This document shows positions 1 to 9,023 of a stretch of DNA of 32,000 nt, piece by piece. Source of the stretch: Candidatus Saccharimonadota bacterium (GTDB lineage Archaea > Nanobdellota > Nanobdellia > Pacearchaeales > GW2011-AR1); contig JBAZYG010000001.1 in assembly GCA_041659445.1 (NCBI GenBank), positions 120,001 through 152,000 of the forward strand, read 5' to 3'. The first letter of the stretch is position 1; every line of letters begins with the position of its first letter. The position numbers were made by a program, and so were the translations under genes. The notes under the pieces were generated by a model that saw only the letters and a program-made list of their open reading frames with translations, ran no database searches and was not told the origin of the DNA.

Positions 1-974
1 ACATCATTTAACCCCAAAGTTTCAGATTGTAAATATTGACTATAAATTGTTTCAATGAATCTGAATAAATCCAAGTGAACAATTCCAGAAATATATCCTT
101 TTGAAATTTTTCCTCTGCTAAATATTGGTTGACTTCCGTCAATTCCCAAAGAAAGTTTTATTTTATTTTTTTCACATCTTGCTCTTAAATAAGGTAAATC
201 AAATCCATCTGAAAAATATCCGACTAAAATGTCAGGGTCTTCTTTTTTAACATATTCTATAAATTTTTTTAACATTTCTTCTTCATTTTTGAAATGTTCT
301 ACAAAATCCAATTTATCTGAATTTTTTTTCCAAGTCAAAACTTTTTTTGTTTTATCTGAAACCAAAGAAATCATTAAAATTTCACCTTTTCCGATTTCAA
401 GTTCATCTGCTTCGATATCATAAGCTAAAATTTTTGGAGTAAATTCAGTTTTTGAATCTTTTATTTCTTCTATTTTATCAGCAAGAATGCAAATTTCTGA
501 AATGTTATTTGCTCCTGCTAAATCTGTTAAATTTCCTTTAATTTTGTATTCTTTCAATGGAGCAATTTTTTTTTCTAAAATATATTTTGTAATTACAGGA
601 ATGTCATATTCTCTTCTGAATTCTATTTCTGGGAAATCTAGTTTTTCTGCAACTGCGTGAGCATCTTTATAATTTGTTACAAAAATTTTTAAAGCTTTTA
701 CTTTTTTTCCAAGAAAATTTTTGTTGTGTAATTCAACTTTTTCTACTTTTGTGTTTCTTATTTGAGACTCAATTTCAATTTTTTTAATTTTCTCTATAAT
801 TTCTTTAATTTTTTTATCTGAAATTTTGTCTTTTAAAATTGCCCAAAAATGTGATTCAAATTTATCAAGAATGCAAATTTTTTGCCCGTGTTCATTTCTT
901 CCTATTATTCTAACATAATTTTCTCCTTGAAAATCAAAATAATTATAGTCTATGGGTATGAATTTTGTTTCCAT
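1..974 (-). CDS. polB: Family B DNA polymerase, N-terminal and 3'-5' exonuclease region (partial, runs off the left edge)
   Basis: Absent from the ORF track because it has no stop in the window. Manual minus-strand translation from the ATG at 974..972 stays open to the edge. I checked the frame codon by codon at 3-59 and 402-428. Sequence reads METKFIPIDYNYFDFQGENYVRIIGRNEHGQKICILDKFESHFWAIL...PKILAYDIEADE (Exo I DxE)...DILVGYFSDGFDLPYL (Exo II)...HLDLFRFIETIY. Confidence 0.85.
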   Translation of the reverse strand, partial: METKFIPIDYNYFDFQGENYVRIIGRNEHGQKICILDKFESHFWAILKDKISDKKIKEIIEKIKKIEIESQIRNTKVEKVELHNKNFLGKKVKALKIFVTNYKDAHAVAEKLDFPEIEFRREYDIPVITKYILEKKIAPLKEYKIKGNLTDLAGANNISEICILADKIEEIKDSKTEFTPKILAYDIEADELEIGKGEILMISLVSDKTKKVLTWKKNSDKLDFVEHFKNEEEMLKKFIEYVKKEDPDILVGYFSDGFDLPYLRARCEKNKIKLSLGIDGSQPIFSRGKISKGYISGIVHLDLFRFIETIYSQYLQSETLGLND

Positions 975-1089
975 ATTTTTTTGAAGATATTTTGTTATTT
1001 AAACCTATATTCCTCTTCAATTTTAATTCATTTCAAATGATAAAAACATACATTTATATACCTCTTAAGGTATCCTTTGTCACTTAAAA

Positions 1090-2184
1090 ATGAATAAAAG
1101 AATAAAAAATTTAGGACTTTTTGTTTTAGGAATATCCTTGTTTCTTTTAATTTTACCTATAATCGTTTCTGAAGGTCCTTTGAATGTAATAATTAATTCT
1201 CCTAGCGAAGGTGCTGTTTATCAGCTTTCAGATGATATTTTGCTTAGTGCTTCTATTATAGCTATTACTAATATTGGAGAAGTTCATGCTTGGGTAATTA
1301 TGGAAATGCCTGACGGTTCTTTTGAAAATATTACTTTATGGAGTTCTTTGAATAGTGATACTTTTCAAGCAAATTTTCATCCTAGTATGACTGGAGTTCA
1401 TAAAGCAACTTTTTATGCTGAAGATAATTTAGGAAATACAGATTCAGAAATGGTTTCATTTATAGTTGAAGGAATAAGTCCTTCAGGTGAATTAGACTTG
1501 GTTGTTATCTCTCCTATTAATGGAAGTGAATTTGACTTGAATGATGAAGTTGAACTTAAAGCAAGTGTTTCTTCTACATCTACTATTGATGTTCAAAAAT
1601 ATGTAAAAGTTGAAATAATTTTTCCTGATGGAAGTGTTGAATCAATTGTCTTAACAACCCTTGATGAAACTGTTTATGTTGGTACTTTTTCAAATACTCA
1701 TTTAGAAGGAATATACAAAGCAACTTTTTATGCTGAAGATAATTTAGGAAATATAGACACTGAATTGGTTTATTTTGAGATTATAAAAGAAGAAATCTCA
1801 GGAGGTAATAGTGGAGGTAATGGTGGGAGTTCTGGTGGTGTTTCTACAAAATATTATGTCTGCGTTCTTTGGTCTGATTGGTCTGAATGTTTAAATGGAT
1901 TTCAAGAAAGATTTTGTTTGAAAGAAGATGTTTTTAATTATTTTAAGGAAAATTCAACTAAATATTCTCAATTAGGAGATTCTGAAAAAAGACTTTGTCA
2001 AAATACAATCGATTTAGGAAATGATTCTCAAAATGAATCTGAAAATAAAGGGTTTTTTTCTTATTTAACTGGATTTAGTATCCAAGGTTTTGGAAATTTA
2101 ATTAATCTTGTTTGGTTTCTTTTAGTAATTTTTATTTTGATTCTTATTTTAATAATCTATATTCTCAGAAAAAGATTTTCTTAA
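1090..2184 (+). CDS. Secreted, C-terminally membrane-anchored surface protein with a duplicated ~105-aa beta-rich domain
   Basis: N-terminal hydrophobic signal (LGLFVLGISLFLLILPIIV). Two repeats end in ATFYAEDNLGN(T/I)D. Also a Gly/Ser linker, a Cys-containing WSDWSEC segment and a C-terminal TM helix (LVWFLLVIFILILILIIYIL). Confidence 0.6.
   Translation: MNKRIKNLGLFVLGISLFLLILPIIVSEGPLNVIINSPSEGAVYQLSDDILLSASIIAITNIGEVHAWVIMEMPDGSFENITLWSSLNSDTFQANFHPSMTGVHKATFYAEDNLGNTDSEMVSFIVEGISPSGELDLVVISPINGSEFDLNDEVELKASVSSTSTIDVQKYVKVEIIFPDGSVESIVLTTLDETVYVGTFSNTHLEGIYKATFYAEDNLGNIDTELVYFEIIKEEISGGNSGGNGGSSGGVSTKYYVCVLWSDWSECLNGFQERFCLKEDVFNYFKENSTKYSQLGDSEKRLCQNTIDLGNDSQNESENKGFFSYLTGFSIQGFGNLINLVWFLLVIFILILILIIYILRKRFS
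1402..1438 (+). repeat. Perfect 37-nt intragenic direct repeat, copy 1 (partner at 1717..1753)
   Basis: aaagcaactttttatgctgaagataatttaggaaata occurs identically 315 nt (105 codons) apart. This marks a recent internal domain duplication. Confidence 0.9.
1717..1753 (+). repeat. Perfect 37-nt intragenic direct repeat, copy 2
   Basis: Identical to 1402..1438. Confidence 0.9.
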
Positions 2185-2241
2185 ATTATCTTTTCTTTAA
2201 TTAACCACAAACTTTAAATACTACTATATAGTAACAATTTT

Positions 2242-2472
2242 ATGGTAAGAATAAAAGATATTCATTATGAAGAAGATTTTCAGAGAAGGTATCTTGAATA
2301 TGCACATATGAATTCTGAAGATAAAGAAAGACATGATCCTACTGGTGCAATTGGGATTTCTTTAGCTGACGAAGCTATGAGATTATATGGTTCTATTGAA
2401 AATTTTCCAGAATGGATTAGAATCCCGAATTCTTTAACAAACAAATCAGGTCTTGAAAAAAATTTAATTTGA
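2242..2472 (+). CDS. Hypothetical small protein (76 aa)
   Basis: ORF with a TATA-like ctttaaatac about 28 nt upstream. No recognisable motif. Confidence 0.4.
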   Translation: MVRIKDIHYEEDFQRRYLEYAHMNSEDKERHDPTGAIGISLADEAMRLYGSIENFPEWIRIPNSLTNKSGLEKNLI

Positions 2473-2519
2473 TTTTGATAATTAGTTAATTTTTTAACTT
2501 CTTGAATTTTAATTATTAA

Positions 2520-3563
2520 ATGGGACTAAACATAAGAGAAATTGTTTCTAAAAAAGAAGTTGATAGTTCTAAATTTAAGGGTAAAATTTTATGCGTCGAT
2601 TCATTTAATACATTATATCAATTTTTATCTACTATAAGGCAACCTGATGGAACCCCTTTAATGGATTCTCAAAAAAGAATTACAAGTCATTTGTCTGGAA
2701 TTTTATATAGGAATTCAAATCTTTTATCTGAAGGAATAAAATTAATTTATGTTTTTGATGGAAAAGCTCCTGATTTAAAATATAAAACTTACAAAAAAAG
2801 AGAAAGTAATAGAGATTTAGCTCGAGAAAAATATGAAAAAGCCAAAGATGACGAGGATTTTAATTCAATGAAAAGATATAGTAGTCAATTAGTTCGGCTT
2901 GACGATGAAATGATTAAAGAAAGTAAAGAACTTTTGGAAGCAATGGGAATTATGGTTGTGCAAGCTCCAGGAGAAGGAGAAGCAGAATGTGCGTATTTAG
3001 CAAAAACAAACGAATTGATTTATGGTTCTGTTAGTCAGGATTATGATAGTTTGCTTTTTGGTGCACCTTATTTAATTCGTAATTTAACTATTTCAAGAAA
3101 GAAAAAAACTTTTTCTGGTGGTTTTATCGAGGTTAATCCTGAATTGATTGATTTGCAAGGACTTTTGAAAGAACTTGAAATTAATTCAGAACAACTTATT
3201 TGTTTGGGAATTTTAGTTGGAACAGATTACAATCCAAAGGGAATTCCTGGAATTGGGCAAAAAAAAGCTTTGGGTATTGTTAGGGAATTTAAAACGCCTG
3301 AGAAAATTTTTGAAATGGTTAATGAAAAAATAAAAGCATTACCAGAAGAAGAACAATTTGATTGGAAAGAAATTTTTGATTTGTTTAAAAAACCAAGTGT
3401 TAAGAATTTTGAAATTAAATTTCCAAAATTAAACGAAAACAAAATTCGTAAAATTCTCGTTGATAAACATGAGTTCTCAGAAGAAAGAATTGAAAAACAA
3501 ATTGAAAAACTTCAAGAAACTGAAAGTTCAGGAAAACAAAAAAATTTAGATAAATGGTTTTAA
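2520..3563 (+). CDS. fen: Flap endonuclease 1
   Basis: MGLNIREIV start, N-domain VFDGKAPDLK, I-domain GEGEAECAYL, H3TH GTDYNPKGIPGIGQKKA, and a C-terminal PCNA-interacting PIP box QKNLDKWF (3537..3560). Confidence 0.95.
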   Translation: MGLNIREIVSKKEVDSSKFKGKILCVDSFNTLYQFLSTIRQPDGTPLMDSQKRITSHLSGILYRNSNLLSEGIKLIYVFDGKAPDLKYKTYKKRESNRDLAREKYEKAKDDEDFNSMKRYSSQLVRLDDEMIKESKELLEAMGIMVVQAPGEGEAECAYLAKTNELIYGSVSQDYDSLLFGAPYLIRNLTISRKKKTFSGGFIEVNPELIDLQGLLKELEINSEQLICLGILVGTDYNPKGIPGIGQKKALGIVREFKTPEKIFEMVNEKIKALPEEEQFDWKEIFDLFKKPSVKNFEIKFPKLNENKIRKILVDKHEFSEERIEKQIEKLQETESSGKQKNLDKWF

Positions 3564-4342
3564 AATGTTTTTGGATCAAAACCTTGTTTTCTAGCAAGAT
3601 TTTCTATTGCTTGCATTGCTTGTATACATCGATGTCTCATCTCTCCTTCTTTTGTCCCTCTTGGAGGTATTTTTCCGTGTGTTCTTTTTTGAATTTCACG
3701 TATGTAATTAGAATATTCATTATATTTTCTTTTTAATTCGCCATATGTTCTTTGTCTTTGTTCTCTTTTTATTCTCTCAGCTTTTTCTTCTTCAATTACT
3801 TCTTTTTTTTCTTTTTCTATCCTTTCTTTTTTCCTTTCGATTTCTTTTTCAGGTTTAGCTTCTTTTGGATTTTTTGACCATTTCCAATTTAATTTTTTCT
3901 TTCTTTTTAAGTATAGAAGTAATCCTAAGATAAATAATATAATTCCTATTGTTAAAAACCATCCATTTTGCGCAGTTAATCCAATTAAACCTGCAAGTGC
4001 AATTAATACACCAATAATCATCATATATAATCCAAGTCCTTTTCTCCAAATAATTAAAATTGAAAGTATAATAAATACCCAAGGAATAATTGCTGCAAGA
4101 TTATGAATTCCTATATCATAGAAAAATCCTTCTAAATCTATTTTTTGAGGAACATAATAAATTATTAAAATTGAAGATGCTGCTGAGATTACAGCAGAAG
4201 TAAATTTGCTGTCTTTAAAAAATTTTGATAAAACATAATTTATAAATGCAAAGCATATTAAAAAAAAGCAAGCCCACATTAAAACAGAATAATCCAAATT
4301 TCTAAAAACTCCAAATGAAAAATCAGTGTATCCCATGCCCAT
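3560..4342 (-). CDS. Multi-pass membrane protein with a Lys/Glu-rich charged C-terminal tail
   Basis: Several hydrophobic helices in the first ~150 aa, then a KKKLNWKWSKNPKEAKPEKEIERKKERIEKEKKEVIEEEK coiled-coil-like tail. Overlaps the convergent fen by 4 nt. Confidence 0.6.
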   Translation of the reverse strand: MGMGYTDFSFGVFRNLDYSVLMWACFFLICFAFINYVLSKFFKDSKFTSAVISAASSILIIYYVPQKIDLEGFFYDIGIHNLAAIIPWVFIILSILIIWRKGLGLYMMIIGVLIALAGLIGLTAQNGWFLTIGIILFILGLLLYLKRKKKLNWKWSKNPKEAKPEKEIERKKERIEKEKKEVIEEEKAERIKREQRQRTYGELKRKYNEYSNYIREIQKRTHGKIPPRGTKEGEMRHRCIQAMQAIENLARKQGFDPKTF

Positions 4343-4410
4343 ATTTAATTTAAGTTATTTCTGTTTATAAATTCTATGGCAAGTTTTAAATTCTTAGCTT
4401 TTTTTATAAT

Positions 4411-5319
4411 ATGATGTCAGAAAAAAAACATCGTTCTTTTAATGTTTTAGGAAATATTGCAATTGTTAATTTTTCTGAAAAAACTTTAAAATCAGAAAAA
4501 ATTAAATTTGCTAAAGAAATTTTGAAGAAAAATAATTCAATAAAAACTGTTCTTGAAAAATCAGGAAATTTTAAAGGAAGGTTAAGAAAAATGACCACTT
4601 CTTGGTTAGCTGGTGAGAAAACAAAAGAAGTATTATATAAAGAAAATGATTGTGTTTTTAGGTTTAATGTAGATGAAACTTATTTTTCTCCGAGATTAAG
4701 TAATGAAAGAAAAGAAATTTCTTCTTTAATTAAAGATGGCGAAGAAGTTTTGGTTATGTTTGCAGGTGTTGCTCCTTTTCCAATTGTGATTGCAAGAAAA
4801 ACTCATGCAAAAAAAGTTTATTCCAATGAATTGAACAAAAAAGCAAATAAATACGCTGAATTAAATATTGAAAAAAATGCAGTTAAGACAAAAGTAATTT
4901 TATTGCCTGGTGATATTAAAAAAGTTGCAGAGAAAATAAAAAAAGGATGGTATTTAGACAAATTTAGTTTTCATAATCCCTCCAAGACCATCCCCCAGCC
5001 ACCCGCCCATAAGAAGTTATTTAATAAGTCAAATTATAAATTAAATGAAATTGTTTCTAAGAAATTTGATGTTATTGTTATGCCTCGTCCTCAACTTAAA
5101 GATTCTTTTTTGAAACAAGCATTTGATTTGAGTAAGAAAGGAACAAGAATTTATTATTATGATTTTTGCAGGAATGATGAAATTAATTTAATTGCAGAAA
5201 AAATTCAAAATGAAGCAAAACACTCAAAAAAGAAAATAAAAATTTTGAAAATGAAATCTGCAGGAGAATTAGCCCCTTATAAAATTCGATGTAGAATTGA
5301 TTTTAAAGTTTTAAATTAA
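4411..5319 (+). CDS. trm5: tRNA (guanine37-N1)-methyltransferase, Trm5/Met-10+ family
   Basis: [21 protein letters not shown]-binding [16 protein letters not shown], and FDVIVMPRP near the C-terminal part. Carries an extra segment between the GD and FDVIVM motifs (see findings). Confidence 0.8.
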   Translation: MMSEKKHRSFNVLGNIAIVNFSEKTLKSEKIKFAKEILKKNNSIKTVLEKSGNFKGRLRKMTTSWLAGEKTKEVLYKENDCVFRFNVDETYFSPRLSNERKEISSLIKDGEEVLVMFAGVAPFPIVIARKTHAKKVYSNELNKKANKYAELNIEKNAVKTKVILLPGDIKKVAEKIKKGWYLDKFSFHNPSKTIPQPPAHKKLFNKSNYKLNEIVSKKFDVIVMPRPQLKDSFLKQAFDLSKKGTRIYYYDFCRNDEINLIAEKIQNEAKHSKKKIKILKMKSAGELAPYKIRCRIDFKVLN

Positions 5320-5321
5320 TT

Positions 5322-5489
5322 TTAAACTATCTTTTCAAAAAATCCGTTTTTGAATTTTTTTTCTAAATCAGAAGGCTTTTTTTCTTGATTTGCTTGGAGT
5401 GTGTTTCCTTGACCGTATGCAGTTCTTAAACTCTTATAAAAACCAGGATTTTTTTTCAATTCTTTTTCATCTATAGTATAAATTGTCAT
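5322..5489 (-). CDS. Hypothetical small protein (55 aa), translationally abutting the upstream ORF
   Basis: Manual translation gives MTIYTIDEKELKKNPGFYKSLRTAYGQGNTLQANQEKKPSDLEKKFKNGFFEKIV. Its ATG lies 1 nt after the stop of 5491..5802. Below the ORF-track size cutoff. Confidence 0.3.
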   Translation of the reverse strand: MTIYTIDEKELKKNPGFYKSLRTAYGQGNTLQANQEKKPSDLEKKFKNGFFEKIV

Positions 5490-5490
5490 T

Positions 5491-5802
5491 TTAATTGATT
5501 TTTTCCCTGGGTTGTAATTCTTTTTTCTCTAAGAATTCCCTTATTGAACTATTTTCCATTGTTTCTGGATTATATTTTATTGGAATAAATTCTTTATTTG
5601 TTAATGTAAATAGTCTCTCTGCTTTTTTTGCAAGACCTTTTGAAGCACAAATCGGAGTTGGGTTGTCTTGATCTATATTTCTTCTAGTTAGCATTATATT
5701 TGAATAGGGGCAATCTTCAGGTTTAACACTACAAGATAAATGTTTTTCTGTTAAATAATTTATTTTCTCAGTGTGTTCGTTTTTATATTCACAATATTCC
5801 AT
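5491..5802 (-). CDS. Hypothetical protein (103 aa) with four Cys
   Basis: ORF track entry. Cys at positions 4, 24, 31 and 52. No family recognised. Confidence 0.5.
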   Translation of the reverse strand: MEYCEYKNEHTEKINYLTEKHLSCSVKPEDCPYSNIMLTRRNIDQDNPTPICASKGLAKKAERLFTLTNKEFIPIKYNPETMENSSIREFLEKKELQPREKIN

Positions 5803-5846
5803 TGTTTTTTAATATGAATTCTGTTTAAAAATGTTTATATCCTTTA

Positions 5847-6020
5847 TTAAGAGTTATTTGGAATGTAAATTCTTTTATCAAATTGTCTTGAAATATCTTC
5901 AATTATTAATCTTATTTTTGCATTATACTCTGGTGAGAAATAAGGACCTTTTTGTTCTTCTGGTTTTTCTTCTTCTTCTTTAAGTATTTGATTAAATCTT
6001 TTTAAATCTCTTTCAAGCAT
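5847..6020 (-). CDS. Hypothetical small acidic protein (57 aa)
   Basis: Manual translation gives MLERDLKRFNQILKEEEEKPEEQKGPYFSPEYNAKIRLIIEDISRQFDKRIYIPNNS. Lies 56 nt downstream of the ATPase gene on the same strand. Confidence 0.3.
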   Translation of the reverse strand: MLERDLKRFNQILKEEEEKPEEQKGPYFSPEYNAKIRLIIEDISRQFDKRIYIPNNS

Positions 6021-6076
6021 TCTTTTATTAGTAATTTTCTATTTAAAAAAATTTGTATACTCTTTGAATTTTGGTT

Positions 6077-7390
6077 TTATAATTCTTTTTTTATGCTTAT
6101 TGCACTTGGAGCTTCACCGCCGTGCCATGTAAATCTTGGACGAATTCTTACAGGATATATTCTTTCTGAATTGTCGTCGAGAATAATTGCTGAACCTTTT
6201 GAGCTCGGAAGTTCGTTCATGTATTTTGAAATAGTTCCCATTAAATAAGTTTGCATTATATAATTTAACGCTTCAACGTCGGGTTTTGAAGTAACTCTGT
6301 GAGAAATTACAATATCTGATTGAGTCATAACATCCCTGTGAATTTGTCCTGGTTGTTGTGTTGCAAGAACAATTGAAATTCCTGGTTGACGTCCTTCTCT
6401 TAAAATTTGAATTAATGCATCTGTTGCAATTGTTTTTTCAGTTAAAGGCAAAAATTCGTGTGCTTCATCGATAAACATCCAAATTAAAGGTGTTTCTTTT
6501 TTTTCAGAAGAAAAACTATAATCTAATCCTTTTGAAACTGATTTAATTTCTTCTGTTTTTCTTGCAGACATTCTTTCATTGAATAATTTTCTTGAAATCA
6601 AACTAATAGCTAATGCTCGAACATTAAAAGCACCAACTGAATTATAAACACTTAAATCTAAAATTGAGGTTTTTCCAGCGTTGATTAAATCTTTTATTAA
6701 AGTTGGTTTTATGTTTTTTGTTGAAAAAATTCCCCATGTTTCTGCAGCTTGAAATAATCCTACTGTTGCATTGATTGTTTCTTTTTCACTTTTTTTATCT
6801 TGTTCTAATTTTGAGATTATATCTTCTATTATAAAATTCTTTTTTGAATTTTTTAATTCTGTTAAAACTCTTTCAATTAAAACAGAAACTGGTTCAATCA
6901 TGTTCAAGCCGAAAGTCAAAATCCAATCTTCTGCATTTAATTCAGAAACATCTAATGCAAATTTTTCGTCTGCAGGAATTCCTTTTTTTGTGAAATCATC
7001 ATAAAATCCAAATGGAACAAAAAGTTTTGTTGGAAGTTTTTTTGTTTTTAAATCCCATTCATTTAATAGCTCTTTATCTTTTTCATTAGTATATTTCATT
7101 GTCCAGTAAATTCCCATTGTGTCAAAAATTAAAGATGCAATGTTTTGGCTTATTTCTTTTGGAAGATTTGAAAGTTCTTCTGCAATTACTCCTAATGTAT
7201 AGGATTTTCCTGAACCTCTTTTTCCAGCAACTAATACTACATGACTTCTAACAACATCCATGAAAATTTTATTTGATAAAGAGGTATATTGTCCCATTTG
7301 AACATAACTTTTTCCGAGATAAATTAATCCTTTGTCTTTCAATTCTTTTTTATCTGATTCGCTTCTTCCTAAAATTATATCATATGGCAT
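6077..7390 (-). CDS. HerA/FtsK-superfamily (DUF87-type) P-loop ATPase
   Basis: Walker A GKRGSGKSYT, Walker B WMFIDEAHEF, REGRQPGISIVLATQQP, and a C-terminal RPRFTWHGGEAP. Confidence 0.8.
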   Translation of the reverse strand: MPYDIILGRSESDKKELKDKGLIYLGKSYVQMGQYTSLSNKIFMDVVRSHVVLVAGKRGSGKSYTLGVIAEELSNLPKEISQNIASLIFDTMGIYWTMKYTNEKDKELLNEWDLKTKKLPTKLFVPFGFYDDFTKKGIPADEKFALDVSELNAEDWILTFGLNMIEPVSVLIERVLTELKNSKKNFIIEDIISKLEQDKKSEKETINATVGLFQAAETWGIFSTKNIKPTLIKDLINAGKTSILDLSVYNSVGAFNVRALAISLISRKLFNERMSARKTEEIKSVSKGLDYSFSSEKKETPLIWMFIDEAHEFLPLTEKTIATDALIQILREGRQPGISIVLATQQPGQIHRDVMTQSDIVISHRVTSKPDVEALNYIMQTYLMGTISKYMNELPSSKGSAIILDDNSERIYPVRIRPRFTWHGGEAPSAISIKKEL

Positions 7391-7445
7391 ATTAAACTAA
7401 ATGAAAACTTGTTTTTAATTTTTTTGTATTAACAAATTACAATAA

Positions 7446-7456
7446 TTTTTATAAAG
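7446..7456 (+). promoter_or_regulatory. TATA-box-like element for 7480..8976
   Basis: tttttataaag centred about 29 nt upstream of the ATG. Consistent with a leaderless or short-leader archaeal promoter. Confidence 0.35.
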
Positions 7457-7479
7457 TCTTTTTTCTTGAATAGTTTGAA

Positions 7480-8976
7480 ATGAAACGTAGAGAGTTCATT
7501 AAAAAAATTGGAATTGGTTCAAGTGCTATTTTGCTTCCTACAGGAATTTTAATTTCTTGTTCTAAAGATGAAAATGAAAATCCTTTTAATCCTCCTGAAC
7601 CTGAAGAATACATTCCTGATGTTGATGATCCTCCTTACAAATATTTAAAATATTTTAATCAAGAAAATAATTCAACTGCAGGTGGTGCAATTTATTTTAC
7701 TCAAGACATGGAATCTTTAACTCTTTTAGATAAAGATAATGGGCACGGAGTTTCAGGAATTAACGGTATTCGATATAGAGATAGACAATTTCTTGAATCA
7801 AGTTTTTTCTTTCATGACCCAAATTTGCAATATCTTCCTACACTTGCATTTAAAGAAAATAATGTCAATTCTCGAGAATGGCCTTTTGTTCATTTAAGAG
7901 GACTTATTAATGCATTAACGCAAGGTGGAGATGTTTTTGTAGATAAAACCGACGAATATCTTCCTTCTTGGGATTGGGAACATCTTGATGATAAACCTGG
8001 AATGGTTTATATCGGTGATTGGAAAATCGATGAAATAAATAATTTTATTGAGTTGAGTTCAGAAATTACTTCAATTGGAGTTGGACTTCTTGTTCCAGGT
8101 GCAAGTGCAAAAATTTATTCTATTTTATCAAGCATTGGAGATAAGCAAGATTTATTCAATAAAGGTATAAATGCAATAAATCATTTTTTTCCAAATACTT
8201 TTGATTTTAATAAAGAATATGCTTTGTTTAGTCCAGACCCTTCTGGATTGAAATATATTTTAATGTATAGCAAAGCTTTAAGTGATGAATTAAAAAATAG
8301 AGAAGCAGATGTTAAAGATTTATTTCCGTTAAATCCTGAAAGCTGGTGGAAATATCAAATTGGTTCTTCAGTTTATCAAGCAAAAATAAATTCAGGATAT
8401 GAAAAAATTAATGGAGTAAATTTAGTTAAATTAGTAACTGAAACTGGTTTAGAAGAATTTCTTGGTTTTAAAGATGACGAATTAAGATATTTTGGTTTTA
8501 ATGATTCTTCAATTGGAAGAATTTTTTTTAAAAACCCTTCAGTACTTGGTGATAATACTGTCAAAGTTGGAAAAAAATATTCTGTTAAAAATTCAAAATT
8601 AATTTGTGAAAATTATCCTGAAATTTCTGGAACAATAAATGAAACTTACGAATATTTGACTAGAGAAAATTTAGTTGTTAACGGTTCTCCTTATGGAGCG
8701 TGTTTTAAAGTTTTAGAAAGTTTTGATATTTTTTTAAAGAATGAAAATACTGGCGTCACTGCTTCTGATAGTAATTCAGCGACTCATTGGTATTGCAAAA
8801 ATGTAGGAAAAGTAAAATCAATTTACGATGGTGTTTCTGTTGAATTAACTGATTTTTATATAAAAAATTCTGAAATTGATTTGAAATTTATTGATGCTTC
8901 TGGAGGACAAAACAGGCCTTTAGATATTCCGACAAAAGAAAGAGCAATTGTAAATTTGATAAATAAAATTAAATAA
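7480..8976 (+). CDS. Predicted Tat-signal lipoprotein, function unknown
   Basis: N-terminus MKRREFIKKIGIGSSAILLPTGILISC combines a twin-arginine motif (RREFIK), an h-region and a lipobox-like LISC. Confidence 0.6.
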   Translation: MKRREFIKKIGIGSSAILLPTGILISCSKDENENPFNPPEPEEYIPDVDDPPYKYLKYFNQENNSTAGGAIYFTQDMESLTLLDKDNGHGVSGINGIRYRDRQFLESSFFFHDPNLQYLPTLAFKENNVNSREWPFVHLRGLINALTQGGDVFVDKTDEYLPSWDWEHLDDKPGMVYIGDWKIDEINNFIELSSEITSIGVGLLVPGASAKIYSILSSIGDKQDLFNKGINAINHFFPNTFDFNKEYALFSPDPSGLKYILMYSKALSDELKNREADVKDLFPLNPESWWKYQIGSSVYQAKINSGYEKINGVNLVKLVTETGLEEFLGFKDDELRYFGFNDSSIGRIFFKNPSVLGDNTVKVGKKYSVKNSKLICENYPEISGTINETYEYLTRENLVVNGSPYGACFKVLESFDIFLKNENTGVTASDSNSATHWYCKNVGKVKSIYDGVSVELTDFYIKNSEIDLKFIDASGGQNRPLDIPTKERAIVNLINKIK

Positions 8977-8993
8977 TTTGAAGTTATACAAAC

Positions 8994-9003
8994 CTTTATA
9001 AAA
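8994..9003 (+). promoter_or_regulatory. TATA-box-like element for 9024..9995
   Basis: ctttataaaa centred about 25 nt upstream of the ATG. Confidence 0.4.
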
Positions 9004-9023
9004 CATTATTTATTCTAATAAAA

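Noticed and set aside
229-423. 64-aa plus-strand ORF from the track.
   Set aside because: It is embedded antisense in the clearly coding PolB frame and has low-complexity Ser/Phe-rich composition typical of AT-rich antisense frames.
975-1089. Possible replication origin in the AT-rich intergenic region next to polB.
   Set aside because: Only trivial short repeats (cctctt) were seen, with no ORB-like inverted repeats and no adjacent orc1/cdc6. The entire window is equally AT-rich.
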